A stretch of 64,000 nucleotides of DNA from Lingula anatina (taxonomy: Eukaryota > Animalia > Brachiopoda), in NCBI GenBank assembly GCA_051362555.1, contig CM120646.1, positions 9,424,001 to 9,488,000 on the forward strand, read 5' to 3'. Position numbers and translations under genes: made by a program. The notes under the pieces are model-generated. The model saw only the letters and a list, made by a program, of their open reading frames with translations, ran no database searches and was not told the DNA's origin. This document shows, one piece after another, positions 13,770 to 26,019 of the stretch (position 1 is the stretch's first letter; each line of letters begins with the position of its first letter).

Positions 13770-14490
13770 ATAAGCTTCAGTTGTGCAAATTTCAGAAAGT
13801 TATTAACATTTAACTATTTTTATATAGGACATGCCAGTTTTTTAATTTCATTTGCACTTTTCTCAAATATATATAGTTTTTTAAAAAAAATAGATTCATT
13901 ACACACAGTCAACAGATAAGCTTGTTACAGATTTTTATTGTTGCTAAGCATCATTTGTAGAAATTTCACAAACATTGGACTAGATTTGCTGATATTACAT
14001 GTATAAATTTTTAAATGATTTAAGCCATGGAATTTTGCTTCTTTTCAATGTTATTTTCAATTTTCTCAAATATATTTTCTGAAAAATATTTTTAATGTAA
14101 CACAGTTAACAAATAAGCTTATGTCAGATTATTACAGTTATTAAGTTTTATTTGTAAAAATTAATGATTATATTTTTATTTTTGGAATTTGCTAGTGTTT
14201 TCAGTGTAATTTACAGTTTTCTCAAATATATTGTCCAAAATATTATTATATTACACCTGATAAGCTTTTCTCAGACTAGTTTAGTTGTTAAGCTTTATTT
14301 GTACTAGTTTACAGACTAAATTTGTCAAAGTTATTAACATTTAACTTTTTTATCCATTGAATTTGCTATTCTTTTCAGTGTAATTTTTATTTTTCTCAAA
14401 TATAATGGTAAATCTTTTTCATTAGGCATAGTCAACTGATAAGCTTATTTCAGATTATTTCATTTGTTAAGCTTCAGTTGCACAAGTCGA
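13770..14490. repeat. Second, degenerate AT-rich tandem repeat (~160-200 bp units); reappears at ~22380-22640 and ~23040-23315
   Basis: CACAGTCAAC(A/T)GATAAGCTT-like motif near 13904, 14101, 14255, 14428, 22382, 22552, 23046 and 23271. Confidence 0.7.
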
Positions 14491-16931
14491 ATATTTCAGA
14501 GTTGTTGCATTCAGAGGAGGCTTTTCATATTAGGTTTTTTTTTTTTTTTTTTTTTCTAAATCTGCGTAGATATGCCACATGAGTAGATTTTTACGAAGTG
14601 GCTAATTACAAAAGTAAAACGTAATAAAATGTGTAATTTATCCTTTTATGAAATCTTTGTTGCTATTTTTGGCTGACGCACTATGAGTATGTCAACAATG
14701 AGTTGCATATCAAAGAACACCAAGTCTTTAATGACGTAAAGTACACACGTGACTTTATTTACAAATGCTGCAACGGGAGAATTTTCACAGAGAGGGATGG
14801 AAAAGAGCGTTATAGTAAGGCTTCTATAGCCGTGACAAGAAATTGGCCCATGGGAAATATTCACAAGCTCTTGCATTTTGACCACAAAGTGCCTTGTGGT
14901 GATTTGTCATATTGTTTTAATGTGTGCAGCAAGACATTGTCTTCTTCCGCATTGATATCCGATCATTTAAGATTTTGCTACAGTGCTATGTATGCTGAAA
15001 ACGATTCTTTTTTTTTCACATAAGTTAAGATTATTAGACTCATCGCATTTTGATTTAAGTACATTATTGAACAATATGACTGGTAAACAGCAATTTTCAA
15101 ATCTCCTACAAAGATGCAATAGGTGTGCTCCTTTCTGGTGTGATCTGGTTGTAATGGCTTTGTAAAAGTACAAATGTACAAAACCCACAAAACACAACAG
15201 AGAACCAAGGAGTTTTGATGAAAATATAAATAATACTTTTTTGATGTTTGGAAATAAACAGCACATTTTATTCCATGTGACGACTTTATCCAAATTTACC
15301 CAATCATTAACAAGAGACTATAGTTTGTAAATTATTTAACAGAAATTATTCAGCTTGTAATGCATTAGAAGATTATCTTGAGTTACAAAATTTAGTGAAT
15401 AAAATAAATTTCATCCCAGCCAAATGACTAAATCCTGTGTTCAACTTTTAGCAAATTCTTTAGAATACCTCATTTATAAAAGAAAATTCTCCATGTGTAC
15501 GCAAAAAGAAATCAAGTTGTCGGGGTTAACATATCAGCATGTGTATATCATTTCAAAGAGAAGGTATAGATGGTCTTTATTTTCTTCTTGGTGAAAATAA
15601 TCTAAACACAAATAAACCACTACGAGTAACAATATGTATGGCTATCTTTAATGCCAAATCTTTTTAAAAATGTACATTTATTATTTTATGTTGTAAATGT
15701 AATATGAAATCGAAATAAACTGATAACCAAAAGACGTATGCCTACTTCGATGAACGAATATTCTAAATTATTTCTCACCTGGGCCAACCGGTCGTAAGCT
15801 AAGATCTAATATCCGTTTATTAGATCTTAGTCGTAAGTTAGGCGTAGCAGTTGCGCCCGCCTAAATCCAGCTACACCTGAGAAAAGCCGAGAAGTCAGGG
15901 GGCCCTCGCATCCGCGGTGGACCCCCCCCCCCCCCCCCCCCTTCAGATAATCCTGGATCCGCCCCTGATTCTATATCGGGCAATGGACATGAAACAATAT
16001 AGGGAGGGCCTACCGGTAGGCCTACCGTCCGCGAAAATTGAAATAAAAAGGGAGTGTAAAAATAACTTTTCCTTTTAAATAATAAAAAACGCTCATAAAA
16101 CCAAATCCTTTTCAACCAAAATATTATCAATTCATATTCTAAAATTCAAAAGATCTAGGCCGAAATAGCTTGAACGAAGCGTTGTACTGAGATGCGTTTG
16201 ATGTGCCCCGATTCTCCTCCGATGTGGTGTGTTAGTTGTGACAGATATGTTGATTGCGTTTTTACTGCGGGGGGTCTTTTTTTTTTTGCACCGAGGGACT
16301 TGTTCGTTTGGATCGGAATACTATTTTCAAGCATTTCGCACGTTATGGAATATATCTAGGGATATTAACGACGTAAGAAAATCTTATCTTCTCCCATTCA
16401 ATCACCACTGGCACCTCGCCTTATATATTCAATGATTCAGAGGAGATTCTTTGGGATGGGAAAGAGCGGAATACATACAGTTTTGCAAGTTAAACAATCG
16501 AAGAGGAGTGCATTTTAGTTTATTGGGTAAGTATAAAGACTATTTGCTTCCCTTCTGATAAGTGCTCTAAGACTTTGGGGTTGTGATAAAAAGCAAATCT
16601 TATCTACATTCGTGTCTTCGTTTCATTCTGTTTCTATAAAATCATAGATCTCATCAACACAAAACGGTGTTCAGTCATCCAAGTTTTTCCGAAATCAAAC
16701 TTGGTCGTCGGGTAGTTATTCACATGGGCTTGTTGTATACATGTCGACTCTCCCGGATAATCTGGGAGTCTCCCGGATACAGAACGAATCTCCCCCGTAC
16801 AGGAAACCTCTCCTGGATAAAAACTTCTGACAGCTAACGCCCTGTCGATTTATCTTTGAACAGAATATAATAGTTGGGTGATCTTTTGAGAATTTCATAA
16901 TTCTCTTCTGATTGTTTGAGAGAGTGGTGAG

Positions 16932-16974
<43 letters not shown>

Positions 16975-19112
16975 ATCCTTCTCTCTTTTTAAGAGTCACA
17001 TTATTTAAAAAATGTCCATGGTACAGCCTGGGATCCACCGGCTCATATGACGGTTATTTTAGAAAATATTAGATTTGGCCTCGTTTTCAAAACGTGGAGC
17101 GGTAGCTTTAAGAAAATTTGGCGGGAGACGAAGGCATAGAGACAGGTAAGTTGTACATATGTTTGTGCAATGACCAGTTGATTTTAAATACTAATAGATT
17201 TGACAGGACAATGCAGTATATGCTAAAGTTACATTTTATACACCGAAGGAGTGTTTGTGTATTGATTTCACTGAGTATTCTCTGAAGTTACTAGCAAATA
17301 GCAAAATGGCCGCACACAAAACGTCATTGTAGACATTGTCTTTTGAACTGTGCCAAATGTAGCTTAAGGGTTTTTTTCATAGTTTGGCATTTGTTTTTGA
17401 ACATATAAAAATTTTAAGATGTGCGATGGCCTGTAATTTGTAGAATTTCAACATTTCAACAAGCTGTATATTCACCGTACTGGGTACCTATCATTTAGTT
17501 GATCGAGTGATGGCAGTGGCGTTCTGGTCTCATGTATGGAATGAATGTCACCGTTTAAGTGAAATATTTGAATCTTGGCTTCTCGTGTAATTTCTTCGTG
17601 TTTTAGTGAGAAAAAAATGAAGTGGTTTGCAAAATGACATTGTCATCCGACCTGCAAACACGTATACGTATGTGCATATGGTGGTGTACCGGTACTTAAT
17701 TGTTTGCAAAGCAGTGGGGAGGGGGGGTGCATTGGTGCCAGTAGTTGTGGAAGATACAGAATTGTAAACTTACTATAGGCATGTTTTAAAAGATATGAAT
17801 TTTAAATTATGGCTTTAAACATGTTTACTTTTTTGCTGGGGGGGGGGGGGGGTCCAAATGACATGTATTGTGTTAATTTTTTAGGAAAAAAACATGTAAA
17901 CCCAAAATAAGATTTATTGCATTGGTTGGGGGTTTTGAGGAGAAGAATGTCATAAAAATGCCAGTTTGACAAAGATGAATAATATATGTATGTGTGTATG
18001 TACATTAAATGAAACAGGATCTTCAATGACAGGGCATATGATAGTGGGAAACACCACAATATACAGTATATGTGGTGCTCTGACTTGCATGTTTTTTCTA
18101 ATACTTTCAGGCCTTGATTCAAATTGGTTTTTTAATTGATGATGGGTGTGCAACTTTGCCCAAAGTTCAGTTTCAGATTTTTTGTTTATAATTACTGTTA
18201 TGAATTAAGTATAAATAGTGCAGTTTAATGTAAAGATTGATTATAAATATAGTGCTGTTTAAGATAAAGATTGATTGTTACAGTTTACCTATTACAAAGA
18301 TTGCAATTAATTATTATTAATTTCAGTGTGTATATGTGTGAGCACGTGATAAATGTACTTAGGATTTTTTAAAATGATATTCTATTGAAAACTCTATTAT
18401 TTTTTCTAGGCTTGAATAGCATGAATGGGACCAGGATTATTCCTTTTGCCGTGCCTTGACCTGCAATTATCATAACAAAAGCACCCATCATTTCCAAATG
18501 CTGTGTGGCAATGAACACCACAACCTCAGCGATACTTCTAAGGGATGAAAAAATATATTTTTGAGCTGTGCTGTTGCTTATATTAATAGTTATTGGTTAT
18601 CAGTATATAGAAATGCACATTGTGAAATCATTTTAGGTTTTAACCACATGAAGTTAGTTCTACCATCAGCTGACTCCCATTCCGAGATTACATGAGATGC
18701 GCACGCATATCTACCCAGAATGCAATTAGTGCTGATGCAAAATCGCGTTTTTTCCTATTAATTTCCTATTATATGGTGCTTTTCTGCAGCGAAGGACATT
18801 GCTTTACTGATCCGGTTAGCATTTGCAATTTATGCCCAAACTGTGGCTCTTAATTTTGAGGCTCTCGTGCGCGGGAAGTTAACCTCGTTCTTCGACTCCA
18901 ATTTCTGGCTGAGTCACATGGAATTAGTTTTTTCTTTGTCATCGATAAAATGAGCAACAAGCAATATAATTTAGCGGAGACTGTGTCTCAGCCCGATGCC
19001 GAAAAAGCTAAAGCTAAAGCCAAAAAAGCCTCAGCCGCTTAAGATGGGAAAAGTGCAGTAGCACATGACGCTTTGAATTGATAGCACCACTGCAATAGTC
19101 TATATTAACAAT

Positions 19113-20573
19113 ATGGGAGGCAAGAAAGATCACTGTAATGAGGTAGCTAGAGAATTGTGGCTATGGTGCATTAACAGGTCTCTTTTTGTTACAGCAGCTT
19201 ACCTGCCAGGCGCTCAAAACATCGAGGCAGATGCAGAGAGCAGAACATACCATGACAATGGTGAGTGGGGGCTGGATATAAATATTTTTCTAACAATCTG
19301 CAGACTTTGGGGCAAGCCTGAGATTGATTTGTTTGCATCTAGAATAAACAATAAAGTGAGAGTTTACTACTCATGGAAACCAGATCCAGATTGTATGGAG
19401 GTGGATCCATTTACAGTTTCTTGGGCCCATAAATTTGTCTATGCCTTCCCACCTTTTTGCATGATAGGCAAAGTTTTACAAAAAATGAAAGTGGAAGGTG
19501 TGACAGATATCATTATTTTTCCCTTATGGCCTACTCAGCACTGGTATTCCTTGCTTGGTTCAATGCTTATTGATTTTCCTGTTTCTCTCTTTCACAGGGA
19601 CAGGTCAGTATCGGTCATTCATCACCCTCTCTTGAATGCCCAAGATCAGGCTTGCAGCAGCACTTGTTTCTGGCAGACGCCAGGCACAGCAGAACTTTCA
19701 GAGACAGCTCAGCGGATTATCGAGGCCTCATGGCGTGATGGCACCAAAAAACAGCATAACTGTTACTTCAAACAGTGGTTTTCCTTTTGTAGCCGGAGGG
19801 ATTGGAATCCCTTTCATGCCTCTGTAAAATCTGCTGCAGAATTTCTCACTGAGCTGTCAGAGAGGGGTTTGCGGTATTCTGCACTTAACACTGCCAGAAG
19901 CACCTTATCAGCTTTTCTTACCATCGGGGAACACCCGCTGATTTGCAGATTCATGAAAGGTATTTTCAATCTTAAACCACCTATTCCAAAAACTAAGGTT
20001 ATTTGGGATGCCACTGTTGTTTTGAATTTTTTGAGAGCATGGTCACCAGTAAAGAATTTGTCTCTAAAACAGTTGACACTGAAAGTGGTTATGTTATTTG
20101 GACTTTTGGCAAGTCAGAGGGGGCAGTCCCTTCATCTTATGGATACAAGGAACATTGATCTAAATAAGCATCGGGTGAAAGTTTCTTTTGGCGATCTTTT
20201 GAAAACCTCTTGCCCAGGGTATCATCAAACACAAATCACAGTGCCAGCATATGCTCCAGATCGCAGATTGAGTATACGTGTAGCATTGACGGAGTACTTA
20301 AAGCGTACATGTCCACTCAGAGACAAGTACACTGCACTATTCATCAGCTACATGAAACCACACAAACCAATCTCAAGGGATACCTTGTTGAGGTGGCTGA
20401 AGTGTGTCCTAAAAATGGCTGGTATTGATACTTTTGTATTTACACCACACAGTGTGCGAGCTGCAGCTACTTCGGCTGCAAAAGCAGCAAATGTACCTTT
20501 GCAGACAATCTTAGATAAGGCAGGTTGGAGCAAAAAGGATATGTTTGGATACTATTTGGTTCAAAAATTTTGA
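19113..20573 (+). CDS. DIRS ORF: RNase H C-terminus + adenine methyltransferase-like domain + tyrosine recombinase in one frame (486 aa)
   Basis: YLPGAQNIEADAESR; IDLFASRIN, YAFPPF, PLWPTQHWY; YR motifs SQRGQ, LLKT, HSVR, AGW, terminal Y. Confidence 0.85.
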   Translation: MGGKKDHCNEVARELWLWCINRSLFVTAAYLPGAQNIEADAESRTYHDNGEWGLDINIFLTICRLWGKPEIDLFASRINNKVRVYYSWKPDPDCMEVDPFTVSWAHKFVYAFPPFCMIGKVLQKMKVEGVTDIIIFPLWPTQHWYSLLGSMLIDFPVSLFHRDRSVSVIHHPLLNAQDQACSSTCFWQTPGTAELSETAQRIIEASWRDGTKKQHNCYFKQWFSFCSRRDWNPFHASVKSAAEFLTELSERGLRYSALNTARSTLSAFLTIGEHPLICRFMKGIFNLKPPIPKTKVIWDATVVLNFLRAWSPVKNLSLKQLTLKVVMLFGLLASQRGQSLHLMDTRNIDLNKHRVKVSFGDLLKTSCPGYHQTQITVPAYAPDRRLSIRVALTEYLKRTCPLRDKYTALFISYMKPHKPISRDTLLRWLKCVLKMAGIDTFVFTPHSVRAAATSAAKAANVPLQTILDKAGWSKKDMFGYYLVQKF

Positions 20574-20665
20574 ATAAAACAAAGTAATGGTTTCAGGGCA
20601 GAGAAATAATGACATGGCAAATGTGTAATTGTTGCCTAGACTTTGTTAAGGCAAGGACTTTCTTA

Positions 20666-21211
20666 GAGCGCATTCTCAACGAATTAAGCCAGGCTTTACA
20701 AAGCCGGTGACCTAAAAATGGCGGACGTACATGAAAGAAAAACCGCCTAATCTTTTAATAGTCTCTCCGCCTCCCCACACGTCGTCCCTGCGGGGTACAG
20801 TAATTAAATCTCGGCTCCGTTCGCCATGCGGAAGCTACCTGAGAAATATTAAGTGCGCATGCTCATCAGTTAAACTCGTGGTGAAGAAGGCATGGCGGCT
20901 GAAGGCGATCGAAGGAAAAAAGCTCTTCTTTTCTATTATCTTTGAAAACAGAGACGAAAAAGGAATAATTTGGCCCGTAGAGCAGCAATGAATCGACTAT
21001 CTAAGGAGATAATATCACCAGAGATATTCACGGAAATATTAATGTTCGGAGCCGAGATTTAATTACTGTACCCCGCAGGGACGACGTGTGGGGAGGCGTG
21101 TGAGAGGCGGAGAGACTATTAAAAGATTAGGCGGTTTTTCTTTCATGTACGTCCGCCATTTTTAGGTCACCGGCTTTGTAAAGCCTGGCTTAATTCGTTG
21201 AGAATGCGCTC
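20666..21211. mobile_element. PIF/Harbinger-like MITE with long, nearly perfect TIRs, inserted in the DIRS 3' region
   Basis: TTA|GAGCGCATTCTCAACG ... CGTTGAGAATGCGCTC|TTA; arms ~150 bp; related to 27655-27953. Confidence 0.88.
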
Positions 21212-22669
21212 TTAGTACTGTATAAATGTTTGGTACATACACTTTCAGATTAGGTTTAACGTGTTCATATTTAAGTTGGCTCCCTCAGTTAAGGAGCAAG
21301 TTTATTATGTAGTTAAACAGTTCATGTTGTTAAAAAGGTTCATTTGTTAAAAGTTATTATTAAAGTTAATATACTAAATTTATAAGTTATCAGCTTATTG
21401 ATTTTTTCCAATTCATTTCAAGCAGGGTACTACTGTTGTACTACTCCTCAATTGTGGAATTGGTGTTTATTGGTACAACTTTAAACCCTCGTGTATTGTA
21501 ATCTGGGAATGGGAGTCAGCTGATGGTAGAATTCAAAAATTAAACGAAACTTACCTGTAAGTTGAAGTTTGATGAGAATTCTACTTATCAGCTGATGAAA
21601 TGGAGAGATTACATGAGATGCGCACCCATATCTACCCAGAATGCAAAATTTAAAGCTTGTTTATTGGTACAAGGGAAAAAGAAATGGAGAGATTTGGGAG
21701 GGCTAGAGGTGGGCATGTATATATATGCACAGTTTTAATAACTTATGGGTGTAACAATCTGGTGATACCATGTTTCAGACTAGTTGAAATGTTTCAGAGT
21801 AGTTGAAATGTAAAAATGAAAATATAACAATGTGATTAAATGTAAATTGTCTTTCATTTGTTAGAAAGGAATACCCTCATCAGTTGGCCTCATGTAATAA
21901 AAAGGTTTATTTACATTTGAATTAGCACCGTGGTAATTCAGTGCCAAAAAAAATTATTTTCATTGTCCCCAATACTCATTTGCTCTATATAAGTAATACT
22001 GTGTGAAGGAAAAACTAGTTGTGCGGAGGCCTCTATAGATACTAAGATCAGAGTTAAAGATGAACTTCCGTTATAGCTTTCGTAAATTTTCGATTTCAAA
22101 CTATTTTTTTAACACTAAATTGGTTCTAGATCAACGCGTGGTGCATCTCACATTATTCGAAATTTATTTCTCAGTATGTCAATGTACATAATGTGACCCT
22201 GAGTACGTTCATAGCCGAGATAATGCATTGTTTTTGACACCCTATAAATCTCCAAAATTTTAGCTGGTTCAAAAATGTAAGACTTCCGGTTTGTTTAAAA
22301 GCCACCTAGCGGCAGACCAGTAGCTCCCGGGCTGGTATTTGTTCAAATTATTGCATGTAGTTAAAGAATCTTTTTCTTTGGACGCAGTCGACTGAAGAGC
22401 TTATCACATATTTTTATGGTTGTTAAACATCATCTGTACAAATTTTATAATTATTGGATCAGATTTGTCAAAATTATTAGCATTTAACTATTTTAAGCTG
22501 TAATTTTCAGTTTTCTCAGATATATTTTCCTACAAAAATTATTTTCATGGGACACAGTCAACTGTTAAGCTTAACTATATCATTACTGTTTAAATACTTT
22601 AGTCTGGGAGATTTGTCACTTTTCAAAATTTAATTTTTATGGTTTTCATATATACTGTTCTTTTTCCAG

Positions 22670-22810
22670 GTGACCTTTTCCATACAGTGTGGTGGCTTCT
22701 TGGTGAACCAACACTTCCTGTCTGGTCCTGGCTAGTTCCTAAAGAAAAAGCAGGCAGTGAAACACAGCAGCAAGACCAATGCTATGTCTCATCCATGTGT
22801 ACAAGAGCTG
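22670..22810 (+). other. Candidate isolated 141 bp exon
   Basis: Polypyrimidine tract+CAG acceptor, G|GTATGT donor, open phase-1/1 frame DLFHTVWWLLGEPTLPVWSWLVPKEK...; no recognisable homology. Confidence 0.25.
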
Positions 22811-23315
22811 GTATGTGATAAGATTTAGGACATTGTCATCTGGTATTGGTAGTTAGGAGAAGTCTTGAATGGATATTGTTTTCCAGATGACAATTATGGG
22901 TAATTTGCCACTTCTCACATAAACAATCTTATATCGAAACATTTGATGTTTCATGTGAGACTGAATTATTTTGAAAAATTGAAAAACTTTTTTTCGGTAA
23001 TTCTCACTTTTCTCATACAAATTGCCAATAACCAACACTTTTATTACACAGTCAATCGGTAAGCATATGACAGATTTTGATTGTTGTTTTAAAAGCATCA
23101 TTTGTACAAATTGCACAAATATTGGACTAAGTTTACCAAAATTAATAACATTTAACTATTTTATGCCTTGAATTTGAATATAAATTTCCCATGAATATGA
23201 ATTTCCCAGTCTTTTCAATGTAAGTTTCAGCTTTCTCAATTACATTGTCTGAAAAAATATTTTTCATTGGATGCAGTCCACTGAAGAGCTTATCACATAT
23301 TTTTATTGTTGTTAA

Positions 23316-25737
23316 GGCCACACTTTTTTTATTTATGGATGACATCCTCTGGGTACCCCAAAATTGGTGCGAGAGGGCGAAAAAAAAAAAAAAAAAAAAG
23401 TCCAAAAAAAAAATACGGTAATTCTCCAATCTATACGAACGCCGCAAATATTACGAACGAAACGTTTTTTCTCTGAATCTGAATATTTTGTCTCCGTTCT
23501 GTACGAACGATCACTAAACTCACCTTGGGCACAATTTAAATTTTCCGAACGCAAGAAAGTGTGCCCAATTGAAACTCGACCCATGATTCGTCAAAGCCAG
23601 TTTTCAGACCACCGTTCCAAAAAACAGGAACTGCCACTTGACAGGAGAGATTGTTATCATGTATTTGTGCTGTTTTTGAATGAGACGATAGAAGGACTCA
23701 ACCTGCCCGCCGGCAGCTGCAGGCCAGTTTTTAAACCCTATTGTTATTTAGAAATTATTGAAAGCATCAGTACACATAAATTACTTACTGTTTATTATCA
23801 TTTCTTAACTTCTACCGGCCGACTGGATCATCAACATCCACCATCGGTGTTTCACCGATAACTGGCTTCCAGTAAAATCTATTAACGTGAAACCCACGCA
23901 CAACAGAAGAGTATGAGAAATCCATAGTCAATGGTCGAGTTTTTCACTTGTTTTTGGTAGTCATTAGGAAATTAAATTTTTAAGAGGAGTTCTGTCTTGT
24001 ATTCTATTTATTTTTCTAATTTGAGTTGTGATAAAGTTCATGCTTTTTGTTTGTTTTTCCTGTTAAAGACCTTGTCTCATGAACAACTATTAAGTAAACC
24101 TTACTGATATTGGTGATTGTGAAAAGTAAAGGTGCTGTATGACTTTATACAAATTTGCCTGCAGTTTTCTGTATTTTTTCTAATTAAGTTTACTTGATTG
24201 CGTGCAAATTAATATGCTACAAAAGACTTTCATAAATAGACGTGAATTGAGCTTATGTTATTTTTTATATCAAGTAAAATCTCTATTTACGTCAGTGATA
24301 TATACTGTGAGGAGTTTCAAGTATTTTGTTTTGGCGGAAGATATTTATGTAGGCCTAATGGGGCGGGGGTGACATTATTAATATTGCAAATTTTCTATAT
24401 GTGAAATCATATTAAAAGTAAACATGCAATAAATAAAATATGCAACTCGATACGCAAATATTCTTGTCTGTTTTTGATAGAAGTTGGGAAAAACGATGTT
24501 GTCCTGTCTAGGTAAAACATAACAGGGAAAAACGATGTTGTCTTGTCTTGGGAGAAATGTACCTCTTTAGTATGAAGAAATTGTTTCTTAACTTGAATTC
24601 CCGACTTTTGTTTAGTTTGTTTTAATTAATTCCAATATCATAAGAATAATTGTTTGTGCTAAAAGCTGATCACAGTGAATTAATCTGAAAGTAATGCTTA
24701 CACTTAGCAATGTAGGTAAGTGGAGATAACTTCCGGTACAGCCGTATTCCATTCGTATTTCAATGGATACGAACGCGTGGCAATTTTTAGCAGACTGAAT
24801 TTCAAGCCTTACGAACAAAATGATTTTCTTCCAAAAATAATTAATTTAAATCATTCGTATAGATTGGAGAATTACCGTACTGCTTAAGTAAAGGAATGCT
24901 GTCAGTACACAGCTGGAAACACAAATTTTACCACAGAAACACGTATCAAACTAACAATATGTCTTTATCCATGCTCTCAAAATATTAAAGCATTGTGAAT
25001 ACTTTGTAGAAATGTAAAAAAAAAGTCATGAATAGATATACTTCTTATTACAAAATCTATTAAGGTTATTCCATGCATTTTGTTGGTATAGCAATCAATA
25101 AAACAAATATCAAAAAAACAGTGTGTCTTTATTTGTATTCTCAGAATATTAAAGCATTTTGAACACTTCACAGAAATGTTTAAAAAATGATGCAAAGATA
25201 TGCTTAATACTACCAAATCTGTTAAAGGTAATTTCGGACGATGCCATTTTGTCTACTTTGACTCACACGGCCAAACTGTCAGGTGGCCTGTCTGACCTTC
25301 AGCCCACCAAATACCTCGATGCCCTTGTCAACCCTTTTTTTGCTACAGAAAACCTGGTAGCCTATGTGCTGCTTTGTACAGAATGTCACTGAAATTTTGC
25401 GGGCGATAATCGCTGGCAGCCGCCAAAAAGGTGATATCTCCATGCCCAATATCAATGGCATACCAATCCAAAACGATGGCACCCGTTCTCTTTATGACTT
25501 TAATTGTCGTGTAATTTGAAAGTAATCCTAGAGATGAATTTGACGGCAAAGCGGCCTTATTTCCACGTGGCGATAATACACATGCGCAGAAAGCTCATTT
25601 CCTGGCAAATTCAATAACAACGCTTGCAACAACCGACTTCTTTGGGGGCTGGGGGGGATTTTTTTTTTTTTTTTCGGAGAACGGGCGAAATCGGTGCGCA
25701 CGCAGGATGTCATCCATAAAAATAAAAAAGTTTGGCC
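23316..25737. mobile_element. Non-autonomous TIR element with GG termini and TAA TSD (Zator- or Harbinger-like)
   Basis: TAA|GGCCACACTTTTTTTATTTATGGATGACATCCT ... AGGATGTCATCCATAAAAATAAAAAAGTTTGGCC|TAA. Confidence 0.75.
23416..24877. mobile_element. Tc1/mariner(pogo)-like non-autonomous element nested in 23316-25737
   Basis: TA|CGGTAATTCTCCAATCTATACGAA ... TTCGTATAGATTGGAGAATTACCG|TA; perfect 24 bp TIR, TA TSD. Confidence 0.88.
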
Positions 25738-26019
25738 TAAGATAATAATAAGATAAGAGTTTATTTAGCCAGTTTTTTTAAAAAATCGGAAATCATTTAC
25801 CTTTTGGAGCAGGTTTGATAATATACAGAGTAAAATGATACAATAAATAAATTAAGAATTTAGTTTTGAGATCAAATTAAAATGCGTCACTGCACTTGGA
25901 TAAAAGCTGTTTATAAAGCGTTTACAGCCTTTATAAGTTAAAAGTCTACTGTTGCTTGGTAAAAACATAAAAAGTGATGATGCAGGAGTCTTCCATGGTG
26001 TTAACAATTCTTTTTTTTT

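Larger units (their letters stand above)
18655..21645 (+). mobile_element. Internally deleted DIRS-like retroelement (most of gag and all of RT missing)
   Basis: Left terminus TTCTACCATCAGCTGACTCCCATTCC is complementary to ~21497-21531; GAGATTACATGAGATGCGCAC..ATATCTACCCAGAATGCAA is repeated near 18689 and 21605; coding RNase H/MTase/YR lies between. Confidence 0.8.

Noticed and set aside
14646-15293. Cluster of short ORFs, possibly a decayed transposase
   Set aside because: No diagnostic motif recognised
15922-16974. Poly-C runs and GGATCCGCCCCTG resembling small hAT-type ends (also 11166 and 63879)
   Set aside because: No paired TIR or TSD could be established; the poly-Gly ORFs are artefacts
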